Shown here one piece after another: positions 17,902 to 29,900 of a stretch of DNA of 64,000 bases; positions within the stretch are counted from its first letter, which is position 1, and each line of letters begins with the position of its first letter. The stretch spans positions 7,114,889-7,178,888 of the forward strand of contig OZ037772.1 of the NCBI GenBank assembly GCA_964035545.1, given 5' to 3'. The notes below the pieces were generated by a model. It was not told the DNA's origin and did no database searches. It saw only the letters and a list, made by a program, of their open reading frames with translations. The stretch is from Bugula neritina. Its lineage: Eukaryota > Animalia > Bryozoa. The translations under genes and the position numbers were made by a program.

Positions 17902-20900
17902 TTAATTTGTTCTAAACAAACGTAGCATCTTTTCACTCCAACAAGCTACAGCTAACATGTCATCTTTCACACTGATAGCTCCAACAATCTTTGGTAGTTT
18001 CTCATGAATCAGTTTTTTGAGTAAATTACCTGAAAATATACAACCAGATTTGTAAAGACCCTGCAAATAATTCATATTAAAAAAATTGGTGCATATTTAT
18101 ACACTTTTGATTTTATATAGGCGAAACTTCTACATTTAAAAAATTAATATACATTTATGCACAATTAGGATTTCAAAGTTCCTTAGATAGCTTCACCTGT
18201 AACTTCTCTATGCAAATTAAAAAACTTTTAGAATAGCTCTGCTGAGCAACAACTCATTGTAAAAAAATTCTCAACGCTTATTTAATAGTTAAATGTGTTA
18301 TGCGATAACTGTTACATGGATTTAAACATATAAACACAAATATACCTATATAATTTCGCACTGTTGCAGCTTCAGAAACAATAACTGCAAGCAGAACGCA
18401 AAGTTTCTACTATATCAAACCGCTTTTTTAAATTGCAACATGCATGAGTACAACTTTTTTATAAACACATTTTTTTATGCAAAAGAGATATTTCAAAAAC
18501 CAACCACTTTGATGTGATTTTAATAAATAAAAAAGTCTAAGTTCCTATTTGTTTTGTTTCAAAGTATCTCGACAAACTATAATATTAAAAGCGTGTATAA
18601 ACACCACTATAACTATAATAGTCAAAAAAGTTAGAATTAATTGCATAAAATAAAACATGCAACTTGCATCATCATAATATATACCTAATTTTATCCTTTT
18701 AAAGTGTAATACCAGTATTGTAGCGGAGGCTTACCTTTGGGTGATATGATGTAAACAGCTTTTACACTTTTGTTTGCACAAACAAAAATGAGACCATTAG
18801 GATCTGACCAGACACCATATCCTTCTGCTACACCATCACATGTCCAGACTGTAGTCAGCTTTCCATTCTCTACTTTGTGCTTTATCAATTCACCTCTGCC
18901 AACTGCTAGCAGATGACCATCTGGTAGAAAGTGTAGACCAAGTAGAGGCACATCAAGATGAATAATCTGTGTCTGTTTAGTGATAAAGTCATAGATGATC
19001 AGCTGTTCAGTATCTGGATAATTCACCACAACATATCTGTCAGAGACTGCCATTACTGGTCCAATGTTATTTGTTCTATCAAACTGAAGCAGTTGTTGTT
19101 TCTTTGTGATGTCACCAGCTAAACACATCTCTACCTTAGATATGTCACCTTCTCTGTGTAGAATGAAGACATTCTGAGGAGTCTCAACTACCCCTGTTAC
19201 TATCTTCTCACTTGTACTGTATTCACTCAGCTCATTACCATCTCTACTCAGTAACTGTATTCCATTATGGGTACCCACGAGTATGTCACCATCTTGTCTG
19301 TGATTGGCTGAGTAACACCCACCACTTGTCTCGTGCTCAGATATGAATCTCAGTGAAGAAGGAACTGTTACTAGACTGAAATTCAGTAATCTACTTCTAC
19401 ACTGACCTGCAAGATATTATGAAGAAGAAGTCATACAAAATGAGTATAAAAAGTTGTTTTTCATGCATACATACTTTATATAGGGTACATTATTTTGAAC
19501 TATGTTAAGCAAACTGTCTAATAAACTAGCACTTTCTACAAATAATATGCCAACCTACGTCTTTACAATTGTATAGTTATGTATATTTTCTTGATACCAA
19601 TTATCATAAAATTTTGCCTAGACTTCTAGACTTAGGGTGTGGTTGATTTGGTAAAAAAATATCAAAAACACATTTTATATAAACACATGGCTTCATTGAT
19701 CTATAGCGTCATTTCATATATTATGGGAGAGTGGGGCTAGTTGAACCATAGGATTAATTGAACCACATGCTCTAAATTTTCTCCTCTAAATCATTGCACC
19801 ATCTAACTCCTTTACTTATCAGCTTTTTAGATGAACTACCAGACATGTTAAAATATATGAAATCAAAGCAGAAGTTATTAGGAGAGCGAATATTTTTCAC
19901 AGTTTTTGCATAAAAAAGGAGCAATCCAAAAACATTTGTCATCAAAAGTTGCATAGCTTCGTAAATTTTAATAGCTGAGTAAAGTAAATTCAGACATGAA
20001 TGTGTTGTCAGGAAGATATCAAAACTTGACAATGACCTAAAGTTGCAGATATAGCTCATTCACAGCAGATATTGGCAATAACTTTTAATATACGGTGATG
20101 GCCAGGGAATATGTCGTGCGACCCTGTTCTCCTCTTTGTACTTTGAGCCTAGCCCATGCATTTTATATTCTGGACAATCTACTCATGCCACATGCGGCGG
20201 TCTGAGAAATGCCTCATGTTCTACCATTAGCCGCGGCAGCACCCTGGGATGCTGTACCGCCGCATGAAAGCCCTATGTGATGCCACAGCGCTGCACAGCG
20301 ACCCATGCTACATCTTGACAACCAGAACCCGTGGGGCCAATCAGCATGAAGCTCTCCTTTATAAGCAGGACATCCTGTACACCCAGTGACACTTAGCTAG
20401 TAAAATTACTAATGCAATAGTAGTAGAGAGTGGTTGGTTCTGGGGTCACTTTTTCTGGGACCCCCCCCCTATTTTCGTGAACGCCTTAATAAAAAGTTAT
20501 TATATGGTAGGAATATAAAAATTTATTGCGACACTTATTACTTATTTTTGTGAACAACAATTAGTAGAGACGCCTTAATAAAAAATTGTTATAGGCCTAT
20601 GGTAAAAATATAAGAATTTACTATTACCCAGACCAATTAATTAGGTATATAAAACTCATCTAACCCGTGCCTATACCTTTGAAAAAATAAGTTTTAATCT
20701 TGAATCGTTAGTGATTCCATTATATTACCATCGGACGTCGATATTACTAATTTACCTCCAACCGCTCCTTGCAATTTTGGAATAGTGTAACTGTATATAT
20801 TATTTATTGTAATAAGATCAACAATATTTATACCAGTTTCTACGATATTACCATCGCTCGAAAGCATTAATAATTTACCTCCGATTGACGGTTGTACTTT

Positions 20901-23900
20901 AGACATAGAAAAATTAAATACATTAGTTTTCGTAATAACGTCGCTAACACTTAAATTACTATCAACGATATTACCCGTACTAGTCGATACGGTTAATTTT
21001 TCGTTTGGATTTTGTATAAGAGATATCGAATAATTAGACGCGTTAATTTTTGTAACAATATTGTCAACTTTTAAATTACTATCTATAACGTAACCGTTGT
21101 TAGTCGATATAGTTAATTTTTCACTCGGGTTTTGTATAAGTGGTACGTAATAATTAGATACATTAGTTTTTGTGTCAACATCGTCAACTTTTAAATCACT
21201 GTCTATAACGTAACCCGCGTCAGTCGATATAGTTAATTAGTTAATAGGACTCGATATGAGTGGCATAGCGTAATTAGATGATTTTGTAATAACGTCGTCA
21301 ACTTTTAACTCGCTATCTACGACATTACCTTCTTCATTCGATACGACTAATTTTTTACTCGGGTTTTGTAGTTTAGGTATACTCGTATCATCAACGTATT
21401 TTTTTTTGCAGCGGCGTCTTGAGTGTCAGCGGGGTCAACGACTCTAGATATTTTATTAACACCCATATCTAAAGTACCCGTAAGTGTATTATTACCATTT
21501 CTTAAAACGAAATCTTTATTTATTTTAATAATTATGTCATTATTAAGCTTTGACGATCCTTCAAATTTGTATACTGTACTCATTTATAATAAAGTTTTAT
21601 TATAGCGTGATGAAATGAAAGAAAATTTTGTTGAGGCGTATAATCCGGATTTTCAAAATTTGTAAGAATAACGTCACCCGGTTTACAGCTAGTATGAGTT
21701 GTTGAGCATAATATTACTATTGAAAAGTTTTTATTAGCCTCAATAATTTTAAAAATTGAAATTTTAATATAAGGAACGTTATGCTCATTACCATTAATGT
21801 TATAATCAGTGTATGATATATTAGAATCTGTAATTGGCTCCGCATTATTCCAAGTAATTAATCTAAGTTTTTTATCGGTCCCATATATTTCTTTATCATT
21901 ATACGCGTTTTAACCGTGAAATTGTATTAACACATGAGTTAGTTCAATTCGTTCATCAACTATATAGTCTTGAATTAAAAAACCTATAAATAGGCTCGGA
22001 TTAATTGTATAAATAAACTCATTATTTTTTATAATACCCGTAATATGCGCAATATTAGCTTTAGTTAATATTTCAAATTTATATACCATTTATTATACGA
22101 ATTTATAATAAAGTTTTAAAGACACGAAATCAAACGGAACGCGCTTTTCTTGAGACGTAGTTGATACGTTTGAGGGTTTACAATTCCGAACAATTCATAT
22201 AACAATAAATTTCTTTATTAGTATTAACAGCTACTAATGAAAGAGGAACTTCAACGTACGGAATATTATGAGCGTCACCTCTAATTATATAATTTATTGA
22301 AGGTTCGCGTGGTAATAAGTTATTCACTATATTAATAACTAATATTTTATTGGTCCAATATATAGGTAAATCGTCATAATGTTTTTCATTGCCAAAACTA
22401 ATTAGCATACGCGTTAATTTTATTTTTTATCGACTATAAAACCTTTAATTAAGTTGGCTAAATAAAAACTAGGTTTTTCAATAAATTCTTCTTTTTCAAT
22501 CAGCCTTTCAATGAAGTTTTCATTTATAATAACTATTCGGCTGATCTTTCAAATTTGTATACTGTACTCATTTATTATAACAGATTATTTATAATTAATT
22601 GAGGTGGTTTATTTTTAGACATTTTTTAAGCCAATATAAACACAAGTGTCCGCATATAACTGTACCAAATTCTTGTAGTCGTTCCGTATTATAAGACACG
22701 GGTGCTTTTAAATATCTCGTTATTTCTAGAGGGGGGTGAAGTCCAAAACTATCGAAATAATATTTTTTATTATTTTTTTTATACCAAGCGACCCAATGAG
22801 TGCCGCCACTCGGTAAATCGTCTAAATTTAATATACTGCATTCTTTTGTCGCGGCGTATTAGGTAATTCGTCTTTCGAAAATAATCCTCTAAAATTAGAG
22901 ATTTTTAACTTTTTAATCGCCGACTCGAGTTAGACATTTATAAGCACTTTATTAGGAAGATTAATCATTTATTATAACCATAAGGAATGGTAGTTATACC
23001 ATTTTCTAGTATAATTCTCTTATCGTCTTCGGCCGACAAAGCCACTTTGTTTATCGTTTTGACGTACATCATATGCTTATGACTTCTCAACACGTTCATC
23101 GTTCTAAGTTGATCTCGCTGCGTTAATAGACACTCTTTATAGTCGTCAAACATTATACGATTGTCGCATGTATATTTATTAATTCCTTTACACTTTTTTT
23201 CTTCCACAGAGTCATCTATCTTATACTAGTACAACTTGGCTCTTAGGCCTACAAACTCAGTAATTTGTCTACCACCGGCTTCGTCCTTAAACATACCGAT
23301 TACTTTTTATTTACGCCCGCTGGTAATTTATGATCTTTTAGATAATTACTCGTATCAAACGTAGTTTTAACGTCTAACGATATATCTTCGTAAAAATCAT
23401 CGGTTTGCACGTGATACATCAGGCTGTCCGTGTCCGTAAATAATAATTGCGCTTTTTTATTATATTTCGGTTTAATATAACCGTAATGAAAGTTATACAT
23501 TTTCGTTTTGCTAATATCCAAGATTGCCGCTCTTAAATATACCGGTTTATCAAACTTTAGTTTCCTTACGTTCATATGAACGGCTACGAGATTTTCAAAA
23601 AATATAGTAAAACCTTTCTAATTAGGTTGAGCCGTTAATTTACTAGCTTCGCTTTCATTGCTAATAAGTTTAATGTCTACTCGATTACGAATATTTTCCA
23701 TCGTTTTGCCAAACACCAAATTATTCATGAGCTTAAAAAAATCTTTTTCAAAATCGCTTTGAGCCAAAGTTCTTAATTTAGTATTTATGTCTATATAATT
23801 TTTAAGCTTATTGGATTCATTAAAAGTTACAACTCCATGAATTTTCGTAAGCTTTAAACCGTATTTAGGACATTGCTCTAACGCTTTATAATGTATAGCG

Positions 23901-26900
23901 TATTTTTTTTAATTTTAAATTTGAAACTAATTTTTCTACTTTATTTATTGTTAATCTTTCCGGGCAAAATGAATAATCTTTATGTAAGTTGTGTAACTCG
24001 CGAGGATATTCTAAATCTACTTCTAAAAAGCTAGGCAGAAAGTTTAAACTTTTTTCCAAGTCTTGGCATTGTTTTTCGCTTAGCCACTTAAAATTACCGA
24101 CCGGCAGCATTTGAGACATAGCCCACCCGTATAGATTATTAGCGTCCAAGTATTTAATAAAACTACTAAGTTTATTGGGATCAAAGTTTTTCATATATTT
24201 ATTTTAAGCCTTGGCGTATCTATGACTAAGCATACTTACACCGCCTCTAATAGCTCTTTCAAAAAAGAGTAATAAGTTAATGGCGGTAATTGGGTCTAAC
24301 TCTAATTTTGTAATTTTAGGCATGGCGTCCCACGATAGTCCGGGAGTGGTATAATACCAAGCGGGGTCTAATTGATAGTATTTAAGACACAAGTTTCTGA
24401 AGTTTTCAAATACGTCAGCCAACTGTAACACATCGACTTTCATATACAAGTCATGATAGTCTTTAAACGTTTTCATATTAAATTTACGCCAAACGTTTTG
24501 AGCGTGAGTATAGTCCTCGCAAGATTTTTTTTTCGGTTAAACTCGAATAAAAATTTTTTTTTGGTGGTAAAGACGTTTCATTTAATACGCTTAAGTTATT
24601 AAAATAGTAATACGGAAATACTCAATTTTTTAACAATAAGTTTAATTGTTTTTCAGAGTAATGCTCTTTCAAGTGTTTAAAGTTGTCACGTTCTAAATTT
24701 TCTACTAAATTCGCTAAACTCGTACTCATAAATTTAAACGTGTCTATAAACTAAATTTCTCGGTTAATTTTAACATTTTTACCTTCTTTAATAATAAATT
24801 CGTCTACTATTAATTCTTTACTAAAAGATATATATTTTTCTTTGGTTTTGGGTGTACACTCAATTTTACCGCCTAAATTTTTAATAAACAGGTGAGAGTC
24901 ATATCCGGACAAGCTGTGAATAAATATCGGATAAAATTTTGGAATTTTGTAATTTAAATTACAATTAGCGTGAGCCGCTCCTCTATAGTCTCCGGTTAAG
25001 TGGCAATGGTCTCTCACTCTATCTTCACCCAATTCTTCTTCGCATATGTGACAAACTTTAGCTCGTTAAAAAATTGAATCTTCTATTGTCTTCAAGGTTT
25101 AGGAAATTTATGCTTATTATACGTTTGTTTAGTTTTTTCTTCTAAGCTTTTCATAAATATTTCACCGATATTTTTTTTTCATCTCGTTTAGTATAACAAA
25201 AGTATTCACATTCACCGATAACGCTAATAAAATAACATCCAAAACCCGACGGTCGGTGTTGTTGATATTGATTAGTATAACTTTTTCGATAATTAGGTTA
25301 ACATCTTTGTATAGGTTTAGTGAAGCATTCAAAGTCAGCGTATATTACAAACGGTACTTTCATTTTACGGCGATAATGACTAGGGTTAAATTTTATTTTA
25401 TCTTCGAATTTAGGAAATGTTACGGCTACGCTATCATTTAACAAACACCATTCTTGATGCTTTTTTACAAACTTTTCTGATTGAAACGATTGTATACAAT
25501 TTAAGCAAAAATTAGTACGCTTATTTATTTGCGAGCCAATTAGTCTACTTAAACTTTTAATACAAGTATAATGACTTTTTTCTCCGTCAGTTATAAGAGG
25601 TAAATTTACAACTTTTTCTCGTTTTTCGGATAAACTCCACGGATTTATCATTATACCGTTGTACGTAAACACATTAACGGCGATATTAGGATTAGCTTTT
25701 TCAAAAGCTTCGATAGATTTTTTATCAGCCGGAAATTCGACTCTTTCCCACGATATTTTATTAACGTGTTTTTTATATTGAGAAAGTCTTTCACATTATT
25801 TTTATCCGAATAAAGTGAGATTAAAACGGCCCACACAAAGCATTCGTTATCCTTATTTTTAGGATTTAATACGGCCTTTTTATCTTTTATTTTTTTTGGG
25901 GAGATCAATCCACAATGACCCTTTGAGAGGTTGATATTTATTAATAATAATTTCCATCGTTACAATATATTTAAATATCCAATTACTTCCTTTAGCGTTA
26001 AACGCAGCTAAATTTTCTTGAATTTGTTCAATCATTACGTCGTATAATTCATCGACATTCGTAGACTTTAATATAATTTTATTACGCAATGAAAATACCG
26101 TAGTTATTAAAGTAGTTTCACCGGTAGCTATATTAGTTTTTTCCATTAATACATGTTAATAATATTTTAACTTTTATGGAAGGTTTTAATAACTCTAATA
26201 CTTCCGGTTTTACTAGTTTACTAAACGAGTCTATATCGTATTTTAGTAAACCAATAATTTCATAAGTTTGAAACCAGCCTTTAGCCGCTTGATCTTTTAA
26301 TACGGGCTTAGAGTGATTATATAATTTTTTTAATCTTTTCTATAAACAAATTTACGATTAAGAGTGGTGTAACCCAATCTTCTAATTCGTGTTTAATCTA
26401 TTTTCCGAGGTCGCGTATTTTAGTCGCTATACGTTTAAATGGTTGGGGTTTTAAGGGGGATTGTCCTATATTCGGAACGGGTTTGTCCATAATATTTACG
26501 GGCGTTAGCAGCCACATAAGTTCGGCTTTTGTTAATTGAGAGTAAAGTTTTAAACCTCTCTGTTTAGCCAAAACTTTTAGGTTTTTGACCGTCATAGATT
26601 TCATGTTAGATTTCATTTATAATATAATTCTTTAAGTGATAAAATCAATTTTTATACCTCGAGGTATAAAAATCAGCTTTTTTTGCTTTTATTCATTTAT
26701 ATTAAACGTACAAGCTAATATTTCTTGAACTTTAAATTTTTTACGTCGGGAATATCCTTTTATACCGTAATATTTAATTACGTTTTCAAGTTCATTGCCA
26801 TTCATACAACAACTAATTTTTCTTTTAATACCTAGTTTCATATTATTATCAAATGAACTCGGAGGTTCTATTAATGCCGCGACATTTTGTTTTGTAAGTT

Positions 26901-29900
26901 TAACGTATTGTTTTTGCTCGGCTCGAACTATTAGTTCGACAATTACTGTATTCCACTCCATAATGTAATAATATAGCGTTATAAAAATCAATTTTTTTTT
27001 TTTTATAAATGGAAAGTGCCAAAAATTTTCGTAAAACCAAATTACAAGCAATAAACGATGAAATAAAAGAAATGGAAAACAATTATAAAAAAAAGTTAAA
27101 AAAATATAGCACGTTGTCATCGGCTTTAAGATTTTGCATAGGTATAAGCGGTGTAACTACAGTTATATGTAGCACTATTAGCGCGGCGACTGGCGTAGGC
27201 ATAATACCTATTAGTATAGTAAGCGGAATACGTCTCAAAACGCTAAAGTAATAAAAAAAAATACAATTATATTTAGATACATACGCGCTTATAAAACAAT
27301 ATAAAATAAAAATTAATGCTATGTTGTCAAAGTTTTTAAACGCCGACTATATAGACGACTCGGAATATAACGCTACAGTCAACAAATATAAAGACATTAA
27401 CGCTATAATAGTAAATCAAAAATCTGAAATAATCGCGTTATAATAAAAACTAACAATGGGTTTTAATATAATGGAGTATAACAAGAATGCTATGCGGGCT
27501 GCTAAACTAGCATGCGAAATAACCGGTCATGAGAGCAGGTCGCGTGTGCCGTATTGCGTAACTATTCCCATTTATAAATATAATGTTTTTTAAACTATAA
27601 TTGCTTTATTTCAAGTATTATTTGTAAAACGGGTCCTATTTTTAACAAAATCACCTATAATTCCTCCACCTTCAATATAACTAGAACCTCGTTTTAAATA
27701 TAAACCGTCACCCTTTATCGTGCTAGGTAATGTAGCGGGTCTTAAAGTAATAGAATTATCCGAAGTTGTTTCTAAAGAGCATACGCAACCACCGGTTTTC
27801 AAATATAAACCTTTACCTTTAATAGCCCTTTAAACGCCCGCGCTAGCGGTTCTCAAAAGAACGCCTGAAAGAACGCTCGGTATAATTTTAGCCAATGACG
27901 GTAACACTCTCGTACCCAATATACCTAAGCGTCAAAACGTAATACGCTTTTTAAAGAATTTTCAGCGTTAAAGTCTATTAAATAATCGGGTTTTAATTTA
28001 AGTATCATTTTTAGAGTAACTTTATTTGGTTGAATTATAATACCCATTTGATCATCGCCTTTTTTTACTATTTCGTTTTGAATAGCTTCTTTAATATCCT
28101 CGAGTTCATAAACTCCTACGGGTAATGAAAATTTGTGCCACGTAACTCCAGCGTATAGAGAACACTTAAACGTATTTCTATCAGTGTCAATATTAGGAAA
28201 AGAATAATAAGTTTCTAAATCTATAAGAACCATTTCCTCATTTTTTTCTCTATCAAGTTTAATAGGCGGATTAAGATGCGTAATTATTGTAGTAGTAGCA
28301 TCATTAACCGCAATGGTCCTTTTTTTTTTAGGAGCCGTATTAGTAACAATTTGTTTCAATAAATTTGTATCTATTTATATAAGAAAAATTATTCTAAACC
28401 TCTGTCGGATCTAAGAGACATAGTTTTATCAAACAAAATTAGCGCGTAAGCTTGAGTATTAGCGGGTACGTTTTGACTAAATTTAACTCTTAGTTGAATA
28501 TCCGCTACACTATTTTTAAGAGCTTCGCTTTGTTTACTAACGTCTATTACGAACAAAGAATAAAGATCTCTATATTTGGAAGGTACTACATTTGAATAAG
28601 CAATTAACTCGTTTATACCGTAATATTCACCGCAAAACCTCGATGCGTCTTCGTAGATTCTACTAAACTTTATTTTAGCGAAATCTATGTCGTAATTGAC
28701 CTCGGGATATCACTCGCTATTTAGCATCGCGTATATACTTTTAACGTTGACGTGATCGAATAATGCGGGATTAGTTACTTGACTTTCGTTTTTACAGTAA
28801 ATGGGTGATGCTGAGTAGGAAGACGTTGGAAGAGAAGACATTGGATTGAAAGGTGGACCACGACCGGAGAATGCAGAGGGCATGGACCCTACTGCAGGTG
28901 AGCCAACAGCCTTTGAGGCTGAAAGCAATCTGTTCCTCTTAGGAGAAGAAGCCGACAAGGCACCACCTGGTGACAGGACACCACTTGGCGCCAGGTACTG
29001 CTTGAAAGCTCCCTTCTTCAGTGGGGAAGAAGATGTTGAGCAATTTATATCAGATTTCAGTAATGTGGCAGCCATCTCTCAATGACTGCCTAGAGTCACG
29101 CTTTTGCATTTGCGGCTGTCGTTCACAGATCAAGTCAAGCCCTATGGGCTGAGAAGCAACATCAGCAGCGTCTTTGCCGCTCTACAAACTTGATTTGGCA
29201 TCTCTGCTAGTGATGCCAGGGTTTCCATGCAAGGATTGCAACATGATTCTAAAATATTCTGGTAAGATCATGCAGCCACTGTAAAATGGCTAGCACAGAT
29301 TGCTCACAGCAAACTGTTGCCAGCTAACAGAGAAAAGTGCACCTATGAGGCTTTTGTGCAGTCTTTGAATGACTTCAGGCTACACCACCAGTTAGTCTTG
29401 GTGGCAGGAGTCACAACAGTCAAAGCTGCATTCAAGCAAAGAGAGGCTTACCTCCAGGCTAACAGTCTGCATAGACCCCACATGAGTTTTCACCAGGTTG
29501 AGGCAGAGATATGAGAACTAAAACTTGAGTCTGCCTCAACCACACATGTGGCCACTACCTCTGAACTTTCATTGGCCACAGAAGTCGCTACAATGACAGC
29601 TGTGGTGGGGAGATTAGTGGTGGCACTGATGCAGTCTCAACTGACTGATCCATCCAGGGACTTGTGAGGTCATGGGCGGCTCCTGTCGAAAGACGGGCTG
29701 TAATCTGCTGGGGCTGCAGCAACAACAACGAAGGGACTGTCCGCACAATATGTGATGGAATTAAACTACTGCAGCGTGCGGCCAAACTCACCAGCCATTC
29801 TAAAGCTGCGGGGAGCCACCCACAGGTCACAAGTGTATATGAGGCACCACCACCTGAGTGGCAGGTCTCAAAAAGACCTAGCAAGCCACACGGCATGCCT

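Larger units (their letters stand above)
20419..28795 (-). mobile_element. Polinton/Maverick (adintovirus-like) endogenous virus, one arm only, decayed
   Basis: AGTAGTAGAGAG terminus at 20419. Remnants of pPolB, adenain-type protease, minor and major capsid genes. Intronless, densely packed and visibly CpG-richer than the flanks. No integrase, packaging ATPase or second TIR seen. Confidence 0.93.

Noticed and set aside
19722-19770. GGGAGAGTGGGGCTAGTTGAACCA as a pogo/Tc1-like terminus
   Set aside because: No matching opposite end or TSD found in the window.
20720-21380. Regularly spaced ~120-bp repeats as a CRISPR-like array
   Set aside because: Whole units are degenerate, codon-preserving protein repeats; there is no constant repeat with unique spacers, and the context is eukaryotic.
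28710-29075. 121-aa ORF as a capsid-retrotransposon fusion gene
   Set aside because: Chance read-through from antisense Gypsy sequence into the broken MCP fragment, which has a stop shortly afterwards.
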